Virus record (IMG/VR): IMGVR_UViG_3300042509_001467
Coordinates: 1 to 64,000 of that record
DNA: 64,000 nt
Reading direction: 5' to 3' (one strand)
Source: a virus
Shown here: positions 36,112 to 46,700 of the stretch, piece by piece
Layout of the letters: every line of letters starts with the position of its first letter
How positions within the stretch are numbered: position 1 is the stretch's first letter
Position numbers and translations under genes: made by a program
Notes under the pieces: generated by a model
Told to the model about the DNA's origin: nothing
The model's input: only the letters and a program-made list of their open reading frames with translations
The model's database searches: none

Positions 36112-37266
36112 ATGAGCGTAACAGGCGTACAACAAGCATTTTCGCAAGGCATCAAAGAAGGCTTCCTTCGGCGACCTTTCAACGACACTCCGGGCTTTGT
36201 CCAGCTACTCGCTGGTCTTGACGGTCTATATGCCCGTTCCGAACAGGGGCGAATGGCACAAGGCGGCGTCATGTCCGTACCTGCAACCCGAATCAAGGTC
36301 GGTAGCGACGTAGGTGGCGACAACATCATCTGGGGCATCGGTGGTGCCGACGTGACTGCACTTGGCGTATCTGCCTTGACTGGCAACGTCAACGATCTTA
36401 TCTCTCCACTTGAAGAAGCGGCAGAAGACTTTCTTGCAAAGCAGGGCTTTACTTACGTTCAGTCCCCTCCTATCGCTCTCAAAGATGCGATCATCGAGAA
36501 GGTTTCCAAGAACCCAACCGATTTGATGGAGTTTGTTCGCAACAAGTCCGAGCAAGTTGCTCGTTCGTTCGTCAACAAGATTAATGCCGACATCTTCCCG
36601 CAAGCTACACTTGTCTCCGCATCTGCGGCTGGCAATACGCAAGCGGCAAGCGAAACCCAGTTTGAGTCGTTCTACCGCGCGCTCTCTACTGGTCAGCAGC
36701 ACCAAGGCACAGGCACTAGCCTCAGCTACGTTGTTAACGGCATTGAGGTTGGCACTGACAACACTCGGCTCCGCGCAATCCAATGGGGTGCAGAGAACTC
36801 TGGTACAGCGTTCACAATCCGCGCCTTCCGCGAAAACGTTCTTATGCCACTCCGAAAGAGAGGTCATAACCCAGACATCGCGCTCGTCAATGCGGTCGGC
36901 TTTGCCGCTCTCCAAAACTCGCTTGAAGGTACCAACCTCCAATACGGGCTTACAGAGACGCTTGACTTCGGTATCCAGGTCATCACCATTGATGGCGTCC
37001 GGTTCATCTATGAGCCGCGAATGGACACCTACACCAACGCATCTGCCGCTAACATCAACCAAATGTATGTTGGTTGCTCCGACTCCCTAGAGTTCCGCAT
37101 GAAGGCTCTTGGCGATCATGGCAACGACATCTCTTCTGGTTCGTTCCAACTCAAGGAGCATCCTCAGTCCGTGTCTATGAAGATCATTCAAGCCGCGATG
37201 TCTGGTGCTTACATTAACAAGTACCCATTCAAGTGGGCGCAAGTTAACAACGTTACCTTCGCATAA
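36112..37266 (+). CDS. Major capsid protein
   Basis: 384 aa after the scaffold; strong codon bias; PDIALVN and IDGVRFIYEP HK97-like elements; followed by a terminator-like hairpin. Confidence 0.75.
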   Translation: MSVTGVQQAFSQGIKEGFLRRPFNDTPGFVQLLAGLDGLYARSEQGRMAQGGVMSVPATRIKVGSDVGGDNIIWGIGGADVTALGVSALTGNVNDLISPLEEAAEDFLAKQGFTYVQSPPIALKDAIIEKVSKNPTDLMEFVRNKSEQVARSFVNKINADIFPQATLVSASAAGNTQAASETQFESFYRALSTGQQHQGTGTSLSYVVNGIEVGTDNTRLRAIQWGAENSGTAFTIRAFRENVLMPLRKRGHNPDIALVNAVGFAALQNSLEGTNLQYGLTETLDFGIQVITIDGVRFIYEPRMDTYTNASAANINQMYVGCSDSLEFRMKALGDHGNDISSGSFQLKEHPQSVSMKIIQAAMSGAYINKYPFKWAQVNNVTFA

Positions 37267-37295
37267 GGTCTTTTAACCAAACACCTCCACAGCCA

Positions 37296-37322
37296 GCCCC
37301 CTTAACCGGGGGCAAAATTTTA
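37296..37322 (+). terminator. Hairpin after the capsid gene
   Basis: GCCCCC-TTAACC-GGGGGC followed by AAAATTTT. Confidence 0.45.
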
Positions 37323-37936
37323 TGACATTCCTTGAACTCATGACCGACGTGGTTGCATATCTCAAATGGGATGGTGCAGGAATTGTCACACCAGACGTTA
37401 CTAACTCTGGGTTCAAAACAGAAGTAAACAAACTCGTCTCTGAGTTTGTCACCGATACCTGGTGCTACTACGTTACGAATAAGTCTGCCACTCTCGCAGC
37501 AAGTTCTGACGTTGCGACACTCGGCTCCAAGATTTTCTATCCAACTCGCGTCATTATTCACAGCAAGGTCATTCCGCTTGTTGGCGTCAATGAGAAGATC
37601 GAGTCCCAAATTACCGCGCCTAGCAATGGTGAGCCAAGCTACTACTGGATTCTCTCCGGTGAGCGTATTCAGTTTGATAAGCCCGTGTCTACGGCGGTCG
37701 CTGCTGGAACGCACAGGATTGACGGGTTTGCTGGTCACCCTGCTCTTTCTAACGATTCTGATGTGGTTCATGTTGACGAGCGTTGGCGACGTGCCTTGGC
37801 GTTCTACTGCGCCTTTCATATTGCGGCTCCGATTGCTTCTGACCCGATCACGGTAGGCAGGTTGAATTCTTACATTCAGGAGGCAGAGCGCATGATGGAT
37901 AAGATGCGCGGCGTTTATCGTGCGAGGTATAGCTAA
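37322..37936 (+). CDS. Head-tail adaptor (tail tubular A-like)
   Basis: MTFLELM start, GEPSYYWI and ALAFYCA; position after the capsid gene. Confidence 0.7.
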   Translation: MTFLELMTDVVAYLKWDGAGIVTPDVTNSGFKTEVNKLVSEFVTDTWCYYVTNKSATLAASSDVATLGSKIFYPTRVIIHSKVIPLVGVNEKIESQITAPSNGEPSYYWILSGERIQFDKPVSTAVAAGTHRIDGFAGHPALSNDSDVVHVDERWRRALAFYCAFHIAAPIASDPITVGRLNSYIQEAERMMDKMRGVYRARYS

Positions 37937-40575
37937 TGCGGCTAAACCTGAACTCACGGTTGCAGGAGCCAGTACGGTACGAAGTGCCAGCAAGACCGAG
38001 CGCGTCTACCCTTGACTCAACCGCTCTTAACGATAACACCCTAGCCTACATTCTGAATGGGTCAATCGAGAAGGGCGTCTTCTCGGCGTCTCGGAGGTAC
38101 AGGACGTGGGGCAACGCACCGACCACCACCGCATCAGGAGCATGGACGGCATCTTGCCTTGCAAGCATCTCGGGTACATCGGGTTGCGAGAAGCTAATCT
38201 TGATGACCCGCGACAACGCGGGTACGGGCTTTCAGTTTTATTCTGCCAACGTATCTGCAAGTGCAAGCGCGGCGGCTAACGTCTTTGGTACTGCCTACGG
38301 TGGGTTCACAGAGGCGACGGGCGAGTGGGTAGGACATCAGCACCTAGACCGCGCCTTCTTTGTTGGTGGCACGAACGGTAACGTTCGCATGATCTCTTCT
38401 ATTTGCGGTACGCCTAGCGTATCTGCAATGGTCAAGAAAGCAGCCTTTCCAAGCAATCAGGTCGTCGCAAGCTACCGAACTGCCGTCTCCGATTACTTAA
38501 CAACGCTTGGCAGAAATGGAGCGCAAACATTCCCGCACCCTTCTGATGGCGGCTTAACTTTAATCAACGCTCCTGATACTTCGTTTGTCATCAGTAGCGT
38601 TACGTACAGTATTAGTGGCAAGGTTGTTAACTATGCCGACAATCTTGCAATTACAGCGGCGGGTACTACTGCCGACGGCGCAATCAGTAGTAGCGGATAC
38701 CTTACTTATTGGAACATTAGTGGCACAGGCGGCGCACCTTCAAACGTTCTTGACTATACATTCCAGACCGCGCAAGACTATGATGATTGCGATTACTTCT
38801 ATGTGAAGTACACCGTGAAAGATTTAAGCGGCGGCGGTTTACCAGTTTTTGAAACATCGTACACCACGGCTCAGGCTCAGGTTAGCGTACAAAAAGATGG
38901 GTCTGGGACGTGGACGGATTTAACTTGCCAAGTCACGGTGGCAACCGTGTCTACTACCCGCGATACCGTCCATGTATGGTGCGACCTTACAGGGGTTGCG
39001 GCAGATATTCGTGGGGCAATCAAGAAGATTCGTTTCCCGATGCTTTCGCAATCTGGAACGACGTTGCCAGACGCCTACGACATTAACTTCCACAAGGGCG
39101 GCAAGGCATACAAGATGCAAAACCAGGTTACAGATACCCTGTCTGTAACAACGCCTCCGCAAGAAGATTTAGAGTATTACGTTCGCTACGTATCAAGTGA
39201 TGGGCTTACGGTTAGCAAGGCAATTAGGGTAACTGTCCCGCCGTCGGCGCATGAAGGGGTTCGCCCTAGTGCGGCATTGCCAAAGATCGGCGGCGTCGTC
39301 ACAATTACCACCTCAGAGGCGACCGCGCCTTGGGGCGGTAGTTCGCTTATCAAGGTCTACCGAAAGGTAACGGTTCGCGAAACCGAAGAAACCAGATATT
39401 ACTTGCTTGACGGGGTGGAGTCTAACGCTGGGGGCGGGGTCTACACTGATTACTACTCTGACAAGGATTTGCTTAATAGCACCTTGACGTACACGGCTGC
39501 CTTTGACGAGGCGGGCGAGTTAGAAGATGGCGTAGACCTCATTACCAACATGGTAGCAGGTTGCACCTGGAAGGGGGCAAACGTCCTGTTTGACCGCTCG
39601 GGGCTTGCTTATTTCTCTAAGGTTGGCACGTACAACGAATTTCTATTCCCAGGCGACGGTACAGAGATTGACGATCAGGACGTATCACGTCCGCGCTTTA
39701 TCCAGATCACGCCTAACGGCTTGCCAATTATCGCGGGTATCGGGCAGGACGCGCTCTATATGTTTGCGGTAGACCGCATCTATGCGATGGCTGGCGACTA
39801 CCCTTCGTCGGCTCCACCCGCAAGTATCTTGCCAAACCTAGGCGGCGTACTCAGTAGCCGCGCTTGCGCTCCATACTTCGGGGGCGTGGTCTACGGTGCT
39901 TCTGATGGGCTATGGTCTATTGAAGTGCCTTATGGCTTCAATGGATCGGCAGAGCAGGTTAGGGCAAACGAGCTGACCAAGAACCATCGAGATTGCTGGG
40001 AGTGGGTCAAGTCTGGCGGTACGTCCAATATGTGCGTAGCCATTGACCGTAACAGCCGCGACATCTGGGTGTTTAACAATAGTAGGGCATTGACGTACAC
40101 GCCTGAGACGGGATGGGCTAGGATTGAGTGGGCGGTATCTGACTCGGTTCTCTTCTGCCGACATCACCATTTGTATGGCACTATTTTGGTGCATAGTTCT
40201 CGGAAGGCTTCGGTCATTGGGGCGTTTACGACTGATGCTGCTACCGATCCAAACGGGACGACGGGTGGCACTGCCTTTACTGCGACTTTTGAGACGAAGA
40301 AGTTTGACGCGCCGTTACGTATTTTGAGGGTGCAAACGTACCTACAAAGTGCGTCTTCAACAACAGGAGCATCTTTGACTGCAATCTCCGAGCGGGGTGG
40401 TACTCAAAGTGTTAGCTTTAATGGCGCATCTCCGGTGTATAATGCACCTTGGAGTACAACGAGTTTCCCGTCGGGTGGACGCTGGATTAAGTTTCAACTA
40501 AGCCTAACGCCGGGTACGACGGTCGAGGCTTGCGTTTTATCGCTGGCGACTCACGATCAATACAGAGGAAAATAA
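37936..40575 (+). CDS. Tail nozzle / head-closure protein (beta-propeller) with a large inserted beta domain
   Basis: 879 aa, beta-rich; YFSKVG...F, GVLSSRA and GRWIKFQL termini typical of P22 gp10 / T7 gp12-like proteins. Confidence 0.65.
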   Translation: MRLNLNSRLQEPVRYEVPARPSASTLDSTALNDNTLAYILNGSIEKGVFSASRRYRTWGNAPTTTASGAWTASCLASISGTSGCEKLILMTRDNAGTGFQFYSANVSASASAAANVFGTAYGGFTEATGEWVGHQHLDRAFFVGGTNGNVRMISSICGTPSVSAMVKKAAFPSNQVVASYRTAVSDYLTTLGRNGAQTFPHPSDGGLTLINAPDTSFVISSVTYSISGKVVNYADNLAITAAGTTADGAISSSGYLTYWNISGTGGAPSNVLDYTFQTAQDYDDCDYFYVKYTVKDLSGGGLPVFETSYTTAQAQVSVQKDGSGTWTDLTCQVTVATVSTTRDTVHVWCDLTGVAADIRGAIKKIRFPMLSQSGTTLPDAYDINFHKGGKAYKMQNQVTDTLSVTTPPQEDLEYYVRYVSSDGLTVSKAIRVTVPPSAHEGVRPSAALPKIGGVVTITTSEATAPWGGSSLIKVYRKVTVRETEETRYYLLDGVESNAGGGVYTDYYSDKDLLNSTLTYTAAFDEAGELEDGVDLITNMVAGCTWKGANVLFDRSGLAYFSKVGTYNEFLFPGDGTEIDDQDVSRPRFIQITPNGLPIIAGIGQDALYMFAVDRIYAMAGDYPSSAPPASILPNLGGVLSSRACAPYFGGVVYGASDGLWSIEVPYGFNGSAEQVRANELTKNHRDCWEWVKSGGTSNMCVAIDRNSRDIWVFNNSRALTYTPETGWARIEWAVSDSVLFCRHHHLYGTILVHSSRKASVIGAFTTDAATDPNGTTGGTAFTATFETKKFDAPLRILRVQTYLQSASSTTGASLTAISERGGTQSVSFNGASPVYNAPWSTTSFPSGGRWIKFQLSLTPGTTVEACVLSLATHDQYRGK

Positions 40576-41351
40576 TGAATAACGAAACAAACCTAAACGC
40601 TCAGGTGAGCGATGTACTACTAGATCGTCGTAGCTTCGGCGGTACAGTGCGACCTTTGCCAATCGTAGCTGCTGCATTTGCAAGCAACGACTATTGGCTC
40701 ATCACAGGAACGACTGGAAACGCAGGACTTGCTACAGCCCCAGCATTGCTTACTGGTCGCGTTGGGCAGAGCATTACATTCTCCGCAACAGATGCGACAT
40801 CGCTTTCGGCTACATCGGTGCCGGGCGGTTGTGCGTTTTCAAACGTTGGCGACGAGTTGACTTGCGAGTACGAGATTGCATTTGACACAAATTTCCACGA
40901 CGATCTTGGATTCTTCTACGGCGTAGGTAGCACTCTTGCTCCTGTTCTCGCAGACTCCATCGCTATCGCGGATACCGTAGGTGTTCAAAAGTTAGTTGCT
41001 GGCACAGGGCTTGATTTTATCACTCGAACCGCATCTGGTACAGTTACTCGTACTGCAATTCCAGGCGTCACTTTTGCCGCTGGAACCCGGTACCTGATTC
41101 GGTTTACAGTGCGAAAGACTGCGATTACAACCACTTCTGCGGATTACCGAGTTGAAGTGATTGAAAACGCTCTTGCTAACGGTGGAACTGTTGGCGGCAC
41201 TGGCAAGACCTATCGGCTTGAAGGTTCCACAACAACCCTTCCAGCAACGACCACTCTCTTGGTGAATACTCAGGCATACCTCGGCAGTGCGGTGGACTCT
41301 ATCAAGTTCACAGTATTCGGCGACGCTTGCCGATTCATCACTAAGGTCTAA
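40575..41351 (+). CDS. Putative virion structural protein (beta-sandwich)
   Basis: Thr/Ala/Gly-rich; GAGGA RBS; late operon. Confidence 0.55.
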   Translation: MNNETNLNAQVSDVLLDRRSFGGTVRPLPIVAAAFASNDYWLITGTTGNAGLATAPALLTGRVGQSITFSATDATSLSATSVPGGCAFSNVGDELTCEYEIAFDTNFHDDLGFFYGVGSTLAPVLADSIAIADTVGVQKLVAGTGLDFITRTASGTVTRTAIPGVTFAAGTRYLIRFTVRKTAITTTSADYRVEVIENALANGGTVGGTGKTYRLEGSTTTLPATTTLLVNTQAYLGSAVDSIKFTVFGDACRFITKV

Positions 41352-41357
41352 AATAAC

Positions 41358-42035
41358 ATGGCGATTGATCCAGTAACAGGTGCGGCTTTAATTCAAGGCG
41401 GGTTTGGGCTTCTTGGCTCTCTCTTCGGGGGGAAGAAGAAGGCTCCGCGTAACCCGTTCCTCGATTCTCAACGGGCGGCACTTGACGCCGCCCAGGGCAT
41501 CGTTCGGAATACGAACCTTACTGACCTAGACCAGAAACTTCTGGAGAACTACCGGAATGAGATCAATCGCCAATCCGAACGCGCTATCTCGGCTCAAAAC
41601 GCCTCTGACTTTGCTCGTAACGATCAGCCACTTGTGGACTCCGAAAGGGGTGTAGCTCGTGGCGTGATCGCTCGTAGCGGGGCAGAGGCGTTAGCCAATC
41701 TCTCTACCCAGCTTGACGCTTCGCGTCCTGACCGTGGTATTGGAATGTGGGAGCGCATCGCCTCTATGAGCGGCGCAGGGTACGGCAACCAGGCTAACCA
41801 GAATCAGATGGATATGCAAGCGCAATCTTCTTACGATCAGGGGCTTGCTGGTATCGCTGACCTTGTGACCAGGAGCATGAAGCCAAAGGTTTCTGGTGGA
41901 TCAACCGCTAATCGATCACCTGAGACTTCTGCCTATATGTCTGGATCGGCTAGGAGCCTGAACCCTTACGTAGACTTAGGCAATTACATTCAGAGTCAGA
42001 TCGGCGCACCCGCCTATACTCGAAGAGACGTATAG
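41358..42035 (+). CDS. Putative DNA-ejection (pilot) protein
   Basis: MAIDPVTGAALIQGGFGLLGSLFGGKKK N-terminus; Gln/Ala-rich. Confidence 0.65.
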   Translation: MAIDPVTGAALIQGGFGLLGSLFGGKKKAPRNPFLDSQRAALDAAQGIVRNTNLTDLDQKLLENYRNEINRQSERAISAQNASDFARNDQPLVDSERGVARGVIARSGAEALANLSTQLDASRPDRGIGMWERIASMSGAGYGNQANQNQMDMQAQSSYDQGLAGIADLVTRSMKPKVSGGSTANRSPETSAYMSGSARSLNPYVDLGNYIQSQIGAPAYTRRDV

Positions 42036-42037
42036 TT

Positions 42038-42232
42038 ATGTTTAATCAGAAGTTAAAGCCAGTTTCTATGGACGAGTTCTATAGCCAGGTTGCCGCAATG
42101 GTAGACCCGGCTTCTTTGCCAGGTTCTATGCCTATGCCCGAGCAGGGCATGGAGGTAGAGGATGAGGACGAGAAGATGATGGCTAAGATCGCAGGAATGG
42201 GTATGCCGGACATGATGCCAGGTGGGTATTGA
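42038..42232 (+). CDS. Small Met/Pro/acidic protein
   Basis: Fills the gap in the late operon. Confidence 0.5.
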   Translation: MFNQKLKPVSMDEFYSQVAAMVDPASLPGSMPMPEQGMEVEDEDEKMMAKIAGMGMPDMMPGGY

Positions 42233-43785
42233 TGCGATTGCCAAACCAAGTAAACCTTGACGGGGTATCGCAAACCCTTGGTCTTGATCCTACGTCAATC
42301 CTAAGATTGCCTAAGACTGAGGCTAAGAAGGGTGTTGACCAGGTTATCAAGTCGAGCTTCGACTTCATGCGTATTCCTGACCTTACGCCAGGTGAGCTGC
42401 TTGATGCAAGCGACACAGAGGGGACGTTAAAGAGAACGGCTACCGATGGAGTGCAATCAGGGCAAACATTAGCGGATACTGCGGCGACCACCATTGAGAA
42501 TTTGAACGCCATGCGAATGGCTCCACCTACGGTTGATCCAGAGCAAACTCAGGACGCATACGGCATGATTAACACGCCTATGCCGACCATGCAAGACACG
42601 ACGATTGACCAATGGAATCCAGCGTACCGCAACTTCGCTATCGGCTCCGCGATTGGCAACTTGTTCAGCGGTCGCGGCTTAGACGGTGCTATCCAGCAGT
42701 TCGGGGCGTTCGCTGATACCCAGCAGAATCAGGCTCAACTTGCGTACCAGAAGCAAGTAGCTGAGGCTACTCAGCGGCGGCAGACAGGGCTTGATAAGCT
42801 AAAGATTATTCAGGACATCTACGGTACTGATCGGCAGGTCTTTAACGACCAGAGCGATAGCATTGATCGGCAGATCAAGATTGTCCAAGACGCTGAGAAC
42901 CGAAGGCTTGACAACGAGGCTAAGATGGATCGGGTGATGTATCAAGCCGAGGCGAGTATGGATCGAGTTCTAGCAAAGGGCGAACTTGACGCGGCGCAAG
43001 GTAAGGACACCGCTGAGAGTAAGCTAAGAACTGAGCTATTCAAAATTGTAACAACAGGCAACCGCGAACACTATATCAACGCGGCAAAGTTGCTCAACGA
43101 AATTACCCCAGGGCTGAACTTGCCTACTGACAAGAATCGGGAATGGACTCAGAAAGAGCTTGACCTTATGAGCAAGATCATTTACCGAGATAGGATTCTT
43201 GGACCAACGATTGCTGGCATTGAGGCTGGCACAAAGCTAAAAGAAGAGCAAGCAAAGCAAACTGCGACTCGAACCAAGGTCTTGGAGCAAGAGTTCAAGT
43301 GGTTTGGTCAAACTAAGGCGGCGCAGATCGCAAAAATTTACGCCGACATTGAGAACATGAGTACCGACAATGTTCTCAACCGTGAGGTCTTTGAGCAGAA
43401 GAAGAACGACATTTCTAAGTTGATGAACGGCACAATGTCGGCTCAAAGAGATGCGGTTAGCACTGCTCAGAAAGAGGTTCAAGGTCTTCGTGATCGCTTG
43501 ACTAAGTTCCAAGCCGATCTAGCCAAGGTTGCCAAACCAACCCAGGCAGAACTTGACACGTTGCAAGGCATCAAGAATTCGTTGAAGATGGCTAAGGATA
43601 ACCACACCAAGCAGTTTGCAATTTTGGAATCCATTATCAAAAAGAATGTTGAAGTCATAGCAAAAATTGACGAAAAGTACAAAGGTTTTAGCATTGAAAC
43701 TCCTGCCGAGAATAGCGGGGCAGTCAGCCCTCTATTCCCTGATTTGTCTGGGGGTATTGGACCCAACGCGAGGAATAGACCCTAA
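42229..43785 (+). CDS. Putative internal virion/ejection protein
   Basis: Gln-rich coiled coil; positional equivalent of 27..1493 but without M23. Confidence 0.6.
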   Translation: MMRLPNQVNLDGVSQTLGLDPTSILRLPKTEAKKGVDQVIKSSFDFMRIPDLTPGELLDASDTEGTLKRTATDGVQSGQTLADTAATTIENLNAMRMAPPTVDPEQTQDAYGMINTPMPTMQDTTIDQWNPAYRNFAIGSAIGNLFSGRGLDGAIQQFGAFADTQQNQAQLAYQKQVAEATQRRQTGLDKLKIIQDIYGTDRQVFNDQSDSIDRQIKIVQDAENRRLDNEAKMDRVMYQAEASMDRVLAKGELDAAQGKDTAESKLRTELFKIVTTGNREHYINAAKLLNEITPGLNLPTDKNREWTQKELDLMSKIIYRDRILGPTIAGIEAGTKLKEEQAKQTATRTKVLEQEFKWFGQTKAAQIAKIYADIENMSTDNVLNREVFEQKKNDISKLMNGTMSAQRDAVSTAQKEVQGLRDRLTKFQADLAKVAKPTQAELDTLQGIKNSLKMAKDNHTKQFAILESIIKKNVEVIAKIDEKYKGFSIETPAENSGAVSPLFPDLSGGIGPNARNRP

Positions 43786-46700
43786 TGGCAACCCCGTTTG
43801 AGCGAACGTTTAAGATCGGTAAGGCGAAGAACTATGTTGACGCGCCAGGTGCGTCTGCACCTGCTCCAAAGGTTGAACCAAAGGGTAAGCCTGTTCCAAT
43901 TAGGCGCGATAGTCAAGCCAACAAGAACCCGCTTACTAGAGAGATTAAGCGCGGGGGCGGCAAGGTGCGCGACCTTGCAACTAAGCCAGGTCAAGAAACC
44001 TTTCGTGAAGAAGTGCTTCGCCAACCAAAGTACCCTAAGCAACTACCAGAGAACTTCTCCACCTATCAGGTGCTAGTCCAAGAGTTTGACGACCTTGACA
44101 AGAAGGTTCTCGGGTTCTCAACCGCTGGCGACATTAACGCCGTACCTAAAGAGATTCAGGCTAACCCTAAGTTCCAAGAGTATTGGGCGAAGCGTGGCGA
44201 GATGAAGAAGGGGCGTCAGCAACAACTTGACAACAAGAGGGCGATGATGGAGACTGCCGCCACTATGGAGCAAAACCGTCAAGCTGGCATGGAGCGTGAG
44301 AACCTTACGCCAGAAGAATCTAAGGCGGTCAAAGAGTCTATTGCGCTACCTGGCAAGGTTCAAGACGTCGCCTACGGATTCTCACGCGACCCTGAGATGG
44401 CTGGTAAATCCGACACATCTCTCGCGGCTGATTCAATCATGTATGCCCTGCCCGACTTCTGGGGCGGCAATATGAGCGGTCTTGCTTTACGTGCCGCTAA
44501 CGCTGGCAAGGCGTATGACGAGATTGACCCAGGTCAAAGGGCGGCGCAAACCGCATTTAACTTTGGCGCGTCTCTCGTAGGCGCGGTTGCAATGGGTGGC
44601 GCAAACATCGGCGTCAAAGCTGGTCTTAACGCGGCTCGGGCTGGCATGACCGCTAAGGGGCTTTCTGGTGCGACTAGGGCTATCATGGAGGCTAGGACAC
44701 TAGCCAAGGGCGCAGACGTATCTGCGAGGGTTGCTAGGCTATCTAACGTTCTAGGCATTGATGCAGTCAAGGCGGCAAAGCTCTACACCACGGGCGCGGC
44801 GGCTGGAAGGTTTACGCTGATGGACTTGCCGGGTTACGGCAAGATGCTTGCCGACAATAACGGCGATGCTGGCAAGGCTACCAAGATGTTCTGGGATTCG
44901 ACCTTTGGCGAGTTCGCCAAGTTTGATACCCTGTTTGATCCTAATGTTCCAATAGACCAGAAAGTCGCTACGGTGACTGGAATGATTGGGGCGGGGCTTA
45001 TTGCCGTCGGCACGTCGTTCGGAGCCGCTAAGGGCTACGACCATATCAAGCAGCGGTTTGTAAAACCAGAGGCGAAGGGGCTTGGATCGGCGTTTGATCC
45101 AACGATTGCAGAACCGCTATCGCTACCTGAGCCTGACCCGGTTACGGGCGACCCTATTAAGATTGAGCCTGTACCTGCTACGGAGGCGGTTGATACCTTA
45201 CTTGGCAAGGGTAATTTGTCACGCATCGAGGCACTTAGCCCGGACGACATCGAGGTTGATCCGAAGATGCAACACCGTCCGATGGGGACTAACAAGGTCG
45301 GTGATGGTACTCCGTTCAACATTACGCAAGCCGACAAGATCACCGTCTTTAGAACTAAGGATGGGCGCAACATCGTAGGCGACGGGCATCACAGGCTAGA
45401 GATTGCCAAGAACGCTACCGAGTTTATCAAGCAAGAGCCAGACGGTACAAGCACACCTGCTGATCGCACCGTCATGGCAGAGGTCTTGAATGAGGCTGAT
45501 GGCTGGACGTTTGAGCAAGTCCGCAACATGGCGGCGGTTCGCAACATGGTTGGCGGCACAATCAGCCCGTTTGAGGCGGCACTTGCGGTCAACCGCATGG
45601 GGCTTGACCTTGACGCCCTTGCAAAGCAAGGCTTAAAGCCGCATCACTCTATGGCGAAAGAGGTTAAGGGGCTACTTAACCTTGACCCTATGCTACTTGA
45701 AGAGATGGGAGACTCTGTTCTCGGGATCAATGCAGACCCTAGAGCATCAAGGTTCGCATCGGCTATTGGGACGGTGGACGGGCTTAACCCTGCCCTGCAA
45801 CGCGAGGCACTAAAGAACGCCCTTAGCGACCGATCTAACGCTCAGACAGACGCAGACGCAATCCAGATCGCCAACGACGTAAAGAACGGAGCAATGACTA
45901 AAGCGGTCAAGGCAACTCAGCGCAACATTTTTGACGACGAGCCTGAGCCAGACATTATCGAAGTGCCTTACGACATCATGAACGCCATTCGCAAGCGGGT
46001 TCGTGATACGGTGCGCGGTCAGTACAACAACATCGTTGCAAAGCTAAAGGGTGACACTCGCGGCGGTGAGGTGATTGACGTGGATAGCCGTCAGGCTGAC
46101 AAGGCTAATCTTGGTGGATCGGCAGAAAAGGCGGTCGGTCGCGCTACCCAGGCGATGACCTCTGGAATGTGGAACGGCGGCAGGAACCCGATTGAGGCGA
46201 TGGTAGGCGAGGTCGCAAAGCTCGTAGATAGCGGCGACATGACGATTGAGGCGGCAACCCAGCAGGTTCTTGATAGGGTGCTGACTGAGATTACTGGTTC
46301 TGACAAGGACGTGATGAACCGCCAGATGAAGGCTCCTGATGTTTCACGTGAAACATCAGCCATTGATGACCTACCAGACTCCAATATCACCGAGGCTCAG
46401 GGTGGCTTAGGGCTATTTGCGTTAGGCGGCAATGCTAGTCCGCCACCTGTTACTAGGGTCGGAGACTCTTTGATCGTAGACCAAACTGCGAAGCCCGAGG
46501 TTGGCAGATCGTTTAACCTCCAAGGCTTGACACAACTCCAAGACCAGCTTGGACCAAACGGGGAGATTGTGCGCCAAGGCGCACTAAGCAGGGTCTTTGG
46601 CGAAATTGGATCACGAATGTCTAGGGCGTTGTTTGATGCAAGCAAGCGCAATATGGATTACCGCGCCCCGTACATCAAGATGCTCAACAGCGTGGATGAG

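Noticed and set aside
36226-37993. Long antisense ORFs (36226..37062, 37253..37993) and similar shadow ORFs across the window
   Set aside because: They lie opposite well-supported genes, have no motifs, and are explained by codon bias.
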